The translations under genes and the position numbers were made by a program. The notes below the pieces were generated by a model. That model saw nothing but the letters and a program-made list of their open reading frames with translations, was not told the origin of the DNA and ran no database searches. A stretch of 64,000 nt of DNA from contig DASPRX010000145.1 in the NCBI GenBank assembly GCA_035624235.1, positions 5,241 to 69,240 on the forward strand, given 5' to 3'. Each line of letters opens with the position of its first letter. Positions within the stretch are counted from its first letter, which is position 1. The stretch comes from Burkholderiales bacterium. GTDB lineage: Bacteria; Pseudomonadota; Gammaproteobacteria; Burkholderiales; SG8-39. Below, one piece after another: positions 47,705-57,059 of the stretch.

Positions 47705-48826
47705 GTGCACGCGACGCAAATCCGGCAAAAAGACGGCATTTTCTACTTCGCTAGCTACAGGGCGCGCGAGCTGCTCTCAAGGGTGCGTTTCATCAGCCGT
47801 TTCTACGGCGAGGGCGAGGATATCGCCCCGGTGCGTATCTCGCACGACGACGACGTAGCGCAATTCATCGCCAAGATCGAGCGCACGGACGAGGCTTTCC
47901 AGCGCGCGCTGTCGCGCGCCAAGGTAAAGGCGCTGCGCAATTTCTACGAGACCGCGGTCACGCAACCCCCGATACCAGGTACGGTGCTCCTGTTCACCTC
48001 CGAGCGGCTCGCGTTCCGGCCGGGCGGCGAGGGGGGCGTCGGCGGCCTGACGGAGCCGAGCTCCAAGTACCTGATCATCGACGGCCAGCACCGCCTCGCG
48101 GCGCTGCATTTCTACCTGCAGGACAGGCCGCAGGAAGCCGAAACGATCCATGTCCCGTGCATCATCTTCGACGGCCGCAGCGAGGATTTCGCCGCCGAGA
48201 TGTTCGTCATCATCAATTCGACGCCCACGCGCATCAACAAGAGCCACCTCGTCGACTTGTACGAGCAGGTCTCCTGGGCGGCACCGGATCGCAAGTTCTC
48301 CGCGCGGCTGGTCGAAAAGCTCTACAGCGAAGGCGACAGCCCGCTGCGCTACCGCATCAACCGGCTCGGGGGGCGCAGCCAGCGCGACAAGTGGATCCTG
48401 CAGGCCGAGCTGTTCAACGAGCTGCACCGCTGGGTGCGCGGCCGCTGGCGCAGCATCCAGGTCTCGGGCGGGAGCGCGCACGAGGTGCCGCGCTATTACG
48501 CGGTGATTCGCGATTTCCTCAAGGCGGCGCGCGCTGCATGGGGCGACGCCTGGGGCAAGGAGGGCTACATGGTCACCAAGCCGGTAACCATCAAGGCCCT
48601 CATCCGGGTGTGCGCCGACCTGGCGCGCGAGGATGCGGAGCCCGAGCAGGGACGGACGGCTCGCTGGGAGCAGCGGCTCGCACCCTGGAGCGACCTGGTG
48701 GACGAATTCCGCGACGACGGGTTCTACGAGCGCTTTGCGGCCAAGGGCGAGGTGGAACGCGTGGCCCGCATCCACCGCGATCTCGCGCGCGCCGCGAAGA
48801 TCGAAGTCAGCCGCCCGAAAGGCTGA
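47705..48826 (+). CDS. DGQHR-domain protein (DndB-like, ParB/sulfiredoxin-fold)
   Basis: 373 aa with a GTG start after AGAGGGAGGA. Literal DGQHR motif at 48080..48094 (YLIIDGQHRLAAL) and an upstream FQRALSRAKVKALRNFY element, as in DndB-family proteins. Confidence 0.75.
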   Translation: MHATQIRQKDGIFYFASYRARELLSRVRFISRFYGEGEDIAPVRISHDDDVAQFIAKIERTDEAFQRALSRAKVKALRNFYETAVTQPPIPGTVLLFTSERLAFRPGGEGGVGGLTEPSSKYLIIDGQHRLAALHFYLQDRPQEAETIHVPCIIFDGRSEDFAAEMFVIINSTPTRINKSHLVDLYEQVSWAAPDRKFSARLVEKLYSEGDSPLRYRINRLGGRSQRDKWILQAELFNELHRWVRGRWRSIQVSGGSAHEVPRYYAVIRDFLKAARAAWGDAWGKEGYMVTKPVTIKALIRVCADLAREDAEPEQGRTARWEQRLAPWSDLVDEFRDDGFYERFAAKGEVERVARIHRDLARAAKIEVSRPKG

Positions 48827-50003
48827 CGACCTCTTCGGCGGCGAGACGCGCGATCTGCGCCTCGTCGTAGCCCAGCTCGGCGAGCAGCGCCGCGCTGTGC
48901 TCCCCGACGTCAGGTACGGGGTCCATGCGCGGCGCGAATTCCGACAGGTTGAACGGCGGCAGGAGCGCGTCGATCGTGCCGCCTGGCGAATCCACTTTCG
49001 ACCAGCGGTTGCGCGCCGTGAGCTGCTGGTGGTTCCAGAATTGCTCCATCGTGTTCAGGCGTGCATTGGCGATGCCCGCAGCTTCCAGGCGCTCTATGAC
49101 CCGCGCCGCGGTGAGCGTCGCGAATACCCGCTCGATCGCCGCGTGGGTCGCCTCGCGGTTGGCGTAGCGCGCCGGCCCGGTCGCGAAGCGAGGGTCGGCG
49201 GCGAGCGCCGGCTCGCCGAGCACCATTTCGCAGAAGCGGGCGAACTCGCGGTCGTTCTGGATGCTCAGGAAGACCGTGTCGCCGTCGCCCGCTTGGAACG
49301 GCCCGTACGGTACGATAGTCGCGTGGTAAGCCCCGCGGCGCGGCGGCGCGCTGCCGCCGTAGTGGCTGAAGTAAGCGGGGAAGCCCATCCATTCACCCAG
49401 GGCCTCGAACATCGTGACGTCGATGGTCGCCCCGTCCCCGTCGCGGGCGCGGCGCAGCAGCGCGGCGAGGATCGACGTGCAGGCGTACATGCCGGCGGCG
49501 ATGTCGGCCACCGGGATGCCGGCCTTGGCGGGCGAGTCCTCCGTGCCGGTGACCGACAATAGCCCGGCCTCGCACTGCACCAGCAGGTCGTAGGCTTTCT
49601 TCGCCGCGTAGGGCCCTGCCGGACCGTAGCCCGAGATGCCGCACCAGATGAGCCGCGGGTGCCGCGCGCGCACCTCCTTTGCGCCCAGGCCGAGGCGCTC
49701 GACCGCACCCGGCGCGAGGTTCTGCAAGAACACGTCTGCGCGGGCGATCAACTTGTCGAGGATCGGCTTCGCCTGCGGATGCTTGACGTCGAGTGCGAGG
49801 CTCTCCTTGGAGCGGTTCACCCAAACGAAATGCGATGACAGCCCTTTGACGGTAGTGTCGTAGCCGCGAGCGGCGTCGCCGCTCCCCGGGCGCTCGATCT
49901 TGATCACGCGCGCACCGAGTTCGGCGAGCTGCCGCGTGGCGAAGGGCCCGGCGATCACCTGCTCGAGCGCGACAACGGTAAAGCCGTCGAGCGGCCGCGT
50001 CAC
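48807..50003 (-). CDS. CaiB/BaiF family (class III) CoA-transferase
   Basis: 398 aa with LDGFTVVALEQVIAGPFATRQLAELGARVIKIERP, the typical family III CoA-transferase N-terminus. Confidence 0.88.
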   Translation of the reverse strand: MTRPLDGFTVVALEQVIAGPFATRQLAELGARVIKIERPGSGDAARGYDTTVKGLSSHFVWVNRSKESLALDVKHPQAKPILDKLIARADVFLQNLAPGAVERLGLGAKEVRARHPRLIWCGISGYGPAGPYAAKKAYDLLVQCEAGLLSVTGTEDSPAKAGIPVADIAAGMYACTSILAALLRRARDGDGATIDVTMFEALGEWMGFPAYFSHYGGSAPPRRGAYHATIVPYGPFQAGDGDTVFLSIQNDREFARFCEMVLGEPALAADPRFATGPARYANREATHAAIERVFATLTAARVIERLEAAGIANARLNTMEQFWNHQQLTARNRWSKVDSPGGTIDALLPPFNLSEFAPRMDPVPDVGEHSAALLAELGYDEAQIARLAAEEVVSLSGG

Positions 50004-50815
50004 GTGAAGTCGACGACCAGCCCTGGGAGCGGCAAGCCCGCAAGGGCGGTGCTCCAGCGATCGCCAGGGACGACCGGATGCGCGTCGGTCAGCGTGCCAG
50101 TGGTGACGATTTCCCCCGGCGAGAGGGCGGGCGCGGCGGACTGCCGCGCAAGCACCTCCACCAAGAAGGCGAGCGCCTCGAGCGGGCTGCCAAGCACATT
50201 GACGCCGCGGCCGCGGTCCACAATCGTCCCGCCCTTGCGTAGCTCGACCTCAAGCGCGGGCAGCCGGCCCGCAAGATCGGGCAGTTCGCGCACCGGAACG
50301 CGCGTGCCGAGCACGAGGCGCCCATGCAGGCCATTGTCGGCGGTGCAATCGGCGATCTTGAGCTGCCAGCCGGGGTGGTGGCACTGGACGATCTCGACGG
50401 CGTGCGCGACCCATTCGATCGCCCCGAGAAGGGCCTCGCCGTCGTGCGTCACGGGCGGCGTCGCGCGCAGGCCGAAGCAGATTTCCGGCTCGATGCGGGG
50501 CTGTGCCAGGCCCGCGAGCGGCACTGTCGCGCTCCCGCCCTGTGCGGTAATTAGGGTGCGGTCGCAGACCGTGCCCCACATCGGCTCGAAGACGCCGTAG
50601 CGCGGCCAGATGGTTCGATTGGTGAAGCCGATCTTGCGGCCTACCGGCCGCCAGCCGCGCGCGACGCGCAGCGCGTGCAGCCGGGTCGCTGCTGCGTAGC
50701 CGGCGGCAGCGGAGAGCTGCGCATAGCGCTCGCTGAACGGCGCGACAGTGCCGCCCGTTTCTTGCAGCGCTAGCAGCTCCTGCGCGAGCGCCTCGGTGTC
50801 TGGACCCTTGGCCAC
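50000..50815 (-). CDS. 2-keto-4-pentenoate hydratase / FAH-fold hydratase-decarboxylase family protein
   Basis: C-terminal ~270 codons resemble MhpD/HpcG-type hydratases (GRKIGFTNRTIW, EPEICF, GEIVTTGTLT). Start tentatively set to GTG 50815 (VAKGPDTEAL). The upstream part of the 398-aa track ORF is rejected. Confidence 0.7.
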   Translation of the reverse strand: MAKGPDTEALAQELLALQETGGTVAPFSERYAQLSAAAGYAAATRLHALRVARGWRPVGRKIGFTNRTIWPRYGVFEPMWGTVCDRTLITAQGGSATVPLAGLAQPRIEPEICFGLRATPPVTHDGEALLGAIEWVAHAVEIVQCHHPGWQLKIADCTADNGLHGRLVLGTRVPVRELPDLAGRLPALEVELRKGGTIVDRGRGVNVLGSPLEALAFLVEVLARQSAAPALSPGEIVTTGTLTDAHPVVPGDRWSTALAGLPLPGLVVDFT

Positions 50816-50875
50816 GATCTTGTCCCGTCGCTTCAGCCGATTGTACAGGGCGCGACTTGCTGCGATGAGCCGCCC

Positions 50876-51139
50876 GTGAGAGATTGGCGTTTCATCTTGA
50901 GTGCGACAGACTTCCTGCAGCGGATCTTCGGCGCCGCCCTCGGGATCGCGCTGTTCATCGCTGCGTTCATCTTCACTTCCGTGATCCTCGCGGTCGTGGC
51001 CAGTATGGCGCTCATCGTCTGGGCGTGGCTGTGGTGGCGCACGCGGGCGCTGCGGCGCGCCGTGCGGGAGGAGGGCAGCGTCGTGATCGAGGGCGAGTAC
51101 CGGGTCGAGCGCGAAACGCGGCGACAAGACGACGACTAA
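50876..51139 (+). CDS. Small membrane protein (87 aa, two predicted TM helices, charged tail)
   Basis: FGAALGIALFIAAFIFTSVILAVVASMALIVWAWLWW followed by a Arg/Glu-rich tail. Its composition is unlike the spurious ORFs. It occupies the gap left once the hydratase start is corrected. GTG start is uncertain. Confidence 0.5.
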   Translation: MRDWRFILSATDFLQRIFGAALGIALFIAAFIFTSVILAVVASMALIVWAWLWWRTRALRRAVREEGSVVIEGEYRVERETRRQDDD

Positions 51140-51214
51140 CCGCCCGGTCCAGCGGCCTGTGCTTGCTCGTGTAGGCGGCGCGTTGGCTTGCTCCAACGTT
51201 GCCCCCGCGGGCGG

Positions 51215-52153
51215 TTACACCACGCGCGTACGCACTGGCTTGCCGGCGAAGTGCAGGCGCAAATTCTCGATCTGCAGGTTGCCCATGGCGGTGCGCGTCT
51301 CGTTGGTCGCGCTGCCGACGTGCGGGAGAATCACCGCGTTGTCGAGGGCGAAGAAGGCCGGAGAGACCCTGGGCTCGTTGGCGAACACGTCCAGCCCCGC
51401 GCCCGCGATCTTTCCCTGTTGCAGGTATTCGAGCAGCACCGGTTCGTCGACCACCGACCCGCGCGCGATGTTGACGACGTAGCCGCGCGGGCCAAGCGCG
51501 TCGAGCACGCTCGCGCCCACCAATGCCTTGGTGCCCGCGCCGCCGGGGGTGGCGATCATCAGGACGTCGGAGCTCCTCGCCAGCGCCACCGCGTCGGCGT
51601 CGTAGGCGTAGGGCACGTCCTTCCGCTGGCGGTTGTGGTAGCGGATCTTCATGCCAAAGGCGAGCGCGCGCCTGGCGATCGACTCACCGATGCGGCCGAG
51701 GCCGAGCACGCCCATGGTCTTGCCGCCGAGCGAGGTGGTGAGAGGGTAATCGCCGCGCGCGCCCCAGTATCCGGAGCGCAGGTAGGCTTCCGCCTGCGGG
51801 TACTTGCGCATCACGTTCAGCGTGAGCGCGAGCGCGGTGTCGGCGACGCAGTCGTTCAGCACGTCCGGCGTGTTGGTGACGATGACGCCGCGTTTCTTGG
51901 CGGCCTCCAGGTCGATCGCGTCGACGCCCACGCCGAAATTGGAAATCAGCTCGAGCTTGGGCAGCGCGTCCATCAGCTTGGCGTTGGCGCCCGCGGCGCC
52001 GAAGGTCGCCACCGCGCGCACCCGCGGCGCGACTTCCTTGAGCAGCGCCTCGCGGTCGGAGGCCTCGTGCAGCTTGTGACAGGTGAACTCTCTCTCGAGG
52101 ATCGCCTGTGTGGGCCGGAAGATCCGCGTGGTGAGGACGATTTCAGCCTTCAT
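51215..52153 (-). CDS. D-isomer-specific 2-hydroxyacid dehydrogenase (glyoxylate/hydroxypyruvate reductase-like)
   Basis: 312 aa with NAD motif GVLGLGRIGESIARR and catalytic-region motifs (NIARGSVVDE, PHVGSAT). Confidence 0.88.
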   Translation of the reverse strand: MKAEIVLTTRIFRPTQAILEREFTCHKLHEASDREALLKEVAPRVRAVATFGAAGANAKLMDALPKLELISNFGVGVDAIDLEAAKKRGVIVTNTPDVLNDCVADTALALTLNVMRKYPQAEAYLRSGYWGARGDYPLTTSLGGKTMGVLGLGRIGESIARRALAFGMKIRYHNRQRKDVPYAYDADAVALARSSDVLMIATPGGAGTKALVGASVLDALGPRGYVVNIARGSVVDEPVLLEYLQQGKIAGAGLDVFANEPRVSPAFFALDNAVILPHVGSATNETRTAMGNLQIENLRLHFAGKPVRTRVV

Positions 52154-52165
52154 TGCGCTCTTTCT

Positions 52166-52930
52166 TCAGGTCTTGAATTTCGCCGCCAGCGTATCTGCGC
52201 CGCGCGCCAGGATTCCGACGTCGGCGCCCACCGCGCAGAACAGGCAGCCTGCGCCGAGCATCCGTCTGGCGTCGGCTTCGACCGGCGAGAGATAGCCGGG
52301 CGCCTTGCCTGCCTTGCGAATGCGGCGCATGGCCTCCTCGATGAGCGGCATGACGGCCGGATTGGCGGTTTCGCCCGGATGGCCCATCGAGGCGTGCAGG
52401 TCGGCGGGGCCGATGAACACGCCGTCGACGCCGTCGACCGCGCAAATCGCCTCGAGCTTGTCCAGGGCGGGCTTGGTTTCCACCTGCACGAGCACGCAGA
52501 GCTCGTCCTGCGCGCGCCGCGCGTAGTCCTTGACGCGTCCGAAGCGCGAGGCGCGCGTGGTGCCTGCCACGCCGCGCACGCCCGCGGGCGGATAGCGCGT
52601 CGCCGCAACCGCAGCCTTCGCCTCCTCCGCGCTGCAGACGTACGGGACGAGCAGCGACTGGGCGCCGACGTCGAGCACGCGCTTGATGGTCACCGTGTCG
52701 TTCCACGGCACGCGCACGATCGGTGTCGTCGGATAGGCGGCGGCCGCCTGAAGCTGCGCGAGCAGGCTCTCGAGATCGTTCGGCGAGTGCTCGCAGTCGA
52801 GCAGGATCCAGTCGAATCCGGCGCCCGCGATCACCTCGACGCTGTAGTGCGACGACAGGCTCGACCACAGCCCGATCTGTGGCTTGCCGGCCTTGAGCGC
52901 GCGCTTGAAAGCGTTGTGCGGAAGGTCCAT
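52166..52930 (-). CDS. HpcH/HpaI-family 2-keto-3-deoxy-acid aldolase
   Basis: 254 aa with [37 protein letters not shown] and FIGPADL, the class II aldolase HpcH/HpaI pattern. Confidence 0.88.
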   Translation of the reverse strand: MDLPHNAFKRALKAGKPQIGLWSSLSSHYSVEVIAGAGFDWILLDCEHSPNDLESLLAQLQAAAAYPTTPIVRVPWNDTVTIKRVLDVGAQSLLVPYVCSAEEAKAAVAATRYPPAGVRGVAGTTRASRFGRVKDYARRAQDELCVLVQVETKPALDKLEAICAVDGVDGVFIGPADLHASMGHPGETANPAVMPLIEEAMRRIRKAGKAPGYLSPVEADARRMLGAGCLFCAVGADVGILARGADTLAAKFKT

Positions 52931-52981
52931 GGGGCTCCCCGTTTGCGAGACGCGATTATCTGCGATCTGCGGCGTTGCCGC

Positions 52982-54715
52982 TCAGTGGATCTCGGGATCA
53001 GGGGTCGGCGCGGTGCCTTCCAGGAAGTCGAAATCGCAGCCGCGATCGGCTTGGGAGATGTGCCGCGAGAACACCGCGCCGTAGCCGCGCTCGTATTTGC
53101 GGGGCGGCCGCTTCCAGTCCGCGCGGCGCCTTTGCAGCTCCGCTTCCGGCACCTTGAGCTCGAGCGAGCGTCGCTCGACGTCCAGCTCGATCGGGTCGCC
53201 GTTCCTGACGAGCGCAAGCGGGCCGCCGACGAACGACTCCGGGGCCACGTGCAGCACGCAGGTGCCGTAGCTGGTGCCGCTCATGCGCGCATCCGACACC
53301 CGTAGCATGTCCTTGACGCCCTGCTTGAGCAGCTTCTTCGGCACCGGCAGCATGCCCCATTCGGGCATTCCCGGGCCGCCGAGCGGCCCGCCGTTCTTGA
53401 GGACCAGCACGGACGAGGCGTCCGCCTCGAGGTCGTCGCGGTCGATGCGCGCGGCCATGTCGTTGTAGTCCTCGAACACCACTGCGCGCCCGGTGTGCCT
53501 GAGCAGCTCGGGCGACGCGGCGCTCGCCTTGATGACCGCGCCGTCCGGCGCGAGGTTGCCCTTCAGCACGACGATGCCGCCGGAGCGCTTGACTGGATTG
53601 GCGCGGCGGCGAATCACCTCTTCGTGGTGGATCTGCGCGCCGGCGAGGTTCTCGCCCAGCGTCCGGCCGTTCACGGTCGGGCACTCGAGCTGCAGCAGGT
53701 CGCGCAGCTCCGCGAGCAGCGCGCGCAATCCGCCCGCGTAGTAGAAGTCCTCCATCAGGAATTCCCTGCCCGAGGGGCGAATGTTGGCGAGCACCGGCGT
53801 CCTGGCCGAGATCTCGTTGAAGCGCTCGAGTGGCAGCCTGATCCCGGTGCGTCCGGCCATCGCCACCAGGTGCACGATGGCGTTGGTCGATCCGCCGAGG
53901 CCCATGAGCGTGACAATCGCGTTGTCGAACGCGCGCGCATCGAGGATGTCGCGCGGCTTCAGGTCCTGCCACACCATCTCGACGATGCGGCGCCCGGTGA
54001 GCGTCGCCATGCGCGCATGGTTCGAGTCCACCGCCGGAATCGACGAGGCGCCGGGCAGGCACAGGCCGAGGCCCTCGGCGAGCGACATCATGGTGGCGGC
54101 GGTGCCCATCGTCATGCAGGTGCCCGCCGAGCGCGCGATGCCGTCCTCGATTTCCTGCCAGTCGCCCGGCGTGATCCGCTCCGCGCGCAATTCGTCCCAG
54201 TACTTCCAGGTGTCCGAGCCCGATCCGAGCGTGCGACCGCGCCAGTGGCCTTTCAGCATCGGCCCCGCGGGCAGGTAGATCGCCGGGATGTTCATGCTGG
54301 TCGCGCCCATGATCAGCGCAGGCGTCGTCTTGTCGCAGCCACCCATCAGCACACAGCCGTCGACCGGATACGAACGCAGCAGCTCCTCGGTTTCCATGGC
54401 GAGAAAGTTGCGGTACATCATCGTGGTGGGCTTCTGCATGACTTCGGCGAGCGCCATCGCCGGCATTTCGAGCGGGAAGCCGCCCGCTTGCCACACGCCG
54501 CGCTTGACTTCTTCGGCGCGCTGCCTGAAGTGCGTGTGGCAGTGATTGATGTCCGACCAGGTATTAACGATCGCGATCACGGGCTTGCCGGCGTAGTCGC
54601 CGGGCCCGTAGCCCATCTGCGCGGCGCGCGAGCGGTGCCCGAAGGCGCGCAGGTCCTGCGCGCCGAACCAGCGGTTGCTGCGCAGTTCGGAGGGTTTCTT
54701 GCTGTTCTTTGGCAT
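52982..54715 (-). CDS. IlvD/Edd-family sugar-acid dehydratase (pentonate/hexonate dehydratase type)
   Basis: 577 aa with RSNRWFG, the MGGCDKTTPA Fe-S motif and SDARMSGTSYG. The N-terminus is of the arabonate/xylonate-dehydratase type rather than the IlvD type. Confidence 0.85.
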   Translation of the reverse strand: MPKNSKKPSELRSNRWFGAQDLRAFGHRSRAAQMGYGPGDYAGKPVIAIVNTWSDINHCHTHFRQRAEEVKRGVWQAGGFPLEMPAMALAEVMQKPTTMMYRNFLAMETEELLRSYPVDGCVLMGGCDKTTPALIMGATSMNIPAIYLPAGPMLKGHWRGRTLGSGSDTWKYWDELRAERITPGDWQEIEDGIARSAGTCMTMGTAATMMSLAEGLGLCLPGASSIPAVDSNHARMATLTGRRIVEMVWQDLKPRDILDARAFDNAIVTLMGLGGSTNAIVHLVAMAGRTGIRLPLERFNEISARTPVLANIRPSGREFLMEDFYYAGGLRALLAELRDLLQLECPTVNGRTLGENLAGAQIHHEEVIRRRANPVKRSGGIVVLKGNLAPDGAVIKASAASPELLRHTGRAVVFEDYNDMAARIDRDDLEADASSVLVLKNGGPLGGPGMPEWGMLPVPKKLLKQGVKDMLRVSDARMSGTSYGTCVLHVAPESFVGGPLALVRNGDPIELDVERRSLELKVPEAELQRRRADWKRPPRKYERGYGAVFSRHISQADRGCDFDFLEGTAPTPDPEIH

Positions 54716-54825
54716 GGCCGCCTCGCTGATGAAGAGAGGGGATTCTATTTCAGTCGAGCCGCGGCTTGCTTCCGCGCCGCGCGCCAGTTTATCGTTGCGA
54801 AGACGATTCCATAGGGGAGGAGAGC

Positions 54826-56136
54826 ATGGCCGGTAAGCCCACGAAGCGCCCGGAGCCCAGGCAGGTACGGCCGGACGACGTCGATCCGCATCACGACTGG
54901 AAGCGCCCGCTGCAGGCGCCGGGGCACACGCAGGTCGACTTCGAGGAGCGCGTCAATTTCCGCCGCCTGCACGACTACCGCCTGGCGCGCGTGCGCAGCG
55001 CTCTCGCGCGTTCCGGGCTCGGCGCGCTGCTGTCCTTCGACCAGCACAATATCCGCTACACCACCAGCACCGTGATCGGCGAGTGGGCGCGGGACAAGCT
55101 CACGCGCTACTCGCTGCTCACGGGAAATGGAGACCCCTACATCTGGGACTTCGGATCGGCCGCGCGGCATCACAAGCTGCACGCGCCGTGGCTGCACCAC
55201 GACCACTGCCGCGCTGGGCTGCTCGGCCTGCGCGGCGCGACCGGCGGAGACCTGACGCTGTTCCGCGAAGCCGCGCGGGAGATCAAGTCGATCCTGGATG
55301 CCGAGGGCATGGGCGACATGCCGCTCGGCGTCGACGTAGTCGAACCGCCTATGCTGTTCGAGCTGCAGAAACTCGGCATCGAGGTGCGCGATGGCCAGCA
55401 GGTGATGCTCGAGGCGCGCGAGGTGAAGAACGTCGACGAGCTGACGCTGCTCAACATGGCCGCGGCGATGGTCGACGGCGTCTACCAGGACATCGCCGAG
55501 GCGCTCAAGCCGGGCGTCATGGAGTCGCAGATCGTGGCGCTCGCCACCAAGCGGCTGTACGAAATGGGCTCCGACTGCGTGGAGGCGATCAACTCGATCT
55601 CGGGCGAGCGCTGCTCGCCGCATCCGCACAATTTCACCGACCGCCTGATCCGGCCGGGCGACCAGGCGTTCTTCGACGTCATCCAGTCGTTCATGGGCTA
55701 CCGCACCTGCTACTACCGCACCTTCAATGTCGGGCGGGCAACGCCCGCCCAGCGCACCGCCTACATGAAGGCACGCGAATGGATGGATCGCGTGATCGAC
55801 CTGCTCAAGCCGGGCATGACAACGGACAAGGTGGCTGCGAAACTGCCCAAGGCGCAGGACGCGGGGTTCGCGACGGAGATGGACGCTTTCGGACTCAACT
55901 TCTGCCACGGGCTCGGGCTCGGACTGCACGAGCGGCCGCTCATCTCGCGGCTCAATTCCTTCCGCGAACCGATCGAGCTCAAGGCCGGCATGGTGTTCGC
56001 GGTCGAGACCTACTGCCCGGCGAACGACGGCGTATCCGCCGCACGCATCGAGGAGGAGGTGATCCTGACGCCGAAGGGCGCGCAGATCATTTCGCTCTAC
56101 CCCGCGGAGGAGCTGCCGATTGCCAACCGCTACTGA
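54826..56136 (+). CDS. M24-family metallopeptidase-fold protein (creatinase/prolidase/DddP-like)
   Basis: 436 aa from MAGKPTK (RBS GGGGAGGAG), with a creatinase-like N-domain and a pita-bread C-domain (HGLGLGLHE, ARIEEEV). Confidence 0.75.
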   Translation: MAGKPTKRPEPRQVRPDDVDPHHDWKRPLQAPGHTQVDFEERVNFRRLHDYRLARVRSALARSGLGALLSFDQHNIRYTTSTVIGEWARDKLTRYSLLTGNGDPYIWDFGSAARHHKLHAPWLHHDHCRAGLLGLRGATGGDLTLFREAAREIKSILDAEGMGDMPLGVDVVEPPMLFELQKLGIEVRDGQQVMLEAREVKNVDELTLLNMAAAMVDGVYQDIAEALKPGVMESQIVALATKRLYEMGSDCVEAINSISGERCSPHPHNFTDRLIRPGDQAFFDVIQSFMGYRTCYYRTFNVGRATPAQRTAYMKAREWMDRVIDLLKPGMTTDKVAAKLPKAQDAGFATEMDAFGLNFCHGLGLGLHERPLISRLNSFREPIELKAGMVFAVETYCPANDGVSAARIEEEVILTPKGAQIISLYPAEELPIANRY

Positions 56137-56137
56137 C

Positions 56138-57052
56138 ATGAAGATCGGCTGGATCGGCGCTGGCCGCATGGGCTACGAAATGGCCGCGCGCTTGGCCAAG
56201 GGCGGTGCGCACCTGACGGTCTGGAACCGCACGCGCGCGAAGGCCGAACCGCTCGCGCAGTACGGCGCCAAGGTCGCGCACGCGCTGCCCGAGCTCGCCG
56301 GCTGCGACGTCGTCTTTTGCATGGTCGCGACCTCGGACGACGTGATGGAGGTGATCGCGGGCGAGCGCGGGCTGCTTTCCGGGGGCGGCAAGGCGCCGCG
56401 CACGCTGATCGAGTGCTCGTCGATCTCGCTCGAGAGCTCGGCCGAGCTGCGCGCGCTGCTCGCGGCGCGCGGCATCGGCTATCTCGCCGCACCGGTGAGC
56501 GGCAACGCCAAGGTGATCAAGGCGGGGAAGCTGACGTTCGTCTGCTCCGGACCGCAGGCCGAGTTCGAGCGCGCGCTGCCTTTCCTGAAAATGATCGGGC
56601 CCGCGGCGAGCTACGTCGGCGAAGGCGAGCTCGCGCGCATCGTCAAGATTTGCCACAACGTGTTCCTCGGCGTCGTGATCCAGTCGCTCGCCGAGATCAC
56701 GGTGCTCGCGCAGAAGGCCGGCGTGCCGCGCCACGCTTTCCTCGATTTCATCAACCAGAGCGTGATGGGCTCGACCTTCTCGCGCTACAAGACGCCGGCG
56801 CTCGTGAACCTCGACTTCAAGGTGACATTCACCCCGAAGCTGCTGCGCAAGGACCTGGATCTCGGGCTCGACGCCGGGCGGCGCTTCGAGGTGCCGATGC
56901 CGCTCGCCTCTGCGACGCGCGACTTGTTGCAGGCGATGATCGGCCGCGGCATGACCGAGCAGGATTTCGCCACGCTCATCCTGCAGCAGGCGCAGAGCTC
57001 AGGACTCGAGCTGCAGCCGGAGAACGTGCCGGTCGGCGACGGCCTGTCGTGA
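56138..57052 (+). CDS. NAD(P)-dependent 3-hydroxyisobutyrate/6-phosphogluconate dehydrogenase-family oxidoreductase
   Basis: 304 aa starting MKIGWIGAGRMGYEMAARLA (Rossmann GxGxxG). Also has APVSGN and the KICHN motif. Confidence 0.85.
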   Translation: MKIGWIGAGRMGYEMAARLAKGGAHLTVWNRTRAKAEPLAQYGAKVAHALPELAGCDVVFCMVATSDDVMEVIAGERGLLSGGGKAPRTLIECSSISLESSAELRALLAARGIGYLAAPVSGNAKVIKAGKLTFVCSGPQAEFERALPFLKMIGPAASYVGEGELARIVKICHNVFLGVVIQSLAEITVLAQKAGVPRHAFLDFINQSVMGSTFSRYKTPALVNLDFKVTFTPKLLRKDLDLGLDAGRRFEVPMPLASATRDLLQAMIGRGMTEQDFATLILQQAQSSGLELQPENVPVGDGLS

Positions 57053-57059
57053 CGGGGAG

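Noticed and set aside
51188-53305. 705-aa plus-strand ORF, the longest unexplained ORF in the track. The same class includes 54745..56169(-), 4533..5759(+), 1591..2736(-), 8581..9621(-), 59840..60871(-), 61881..63038(-), 53495..54814(+), 24830..25648(-) and 28757..29308(-).
   Set aside because: All lie antisense or out of frame to genes with unmistakable family motifs. They are dominated by Arg/Ala/Gly/Pro/His with no recognisable domains. This is the expected by-product of high GC, where stop codons are rare in non-coding frames.
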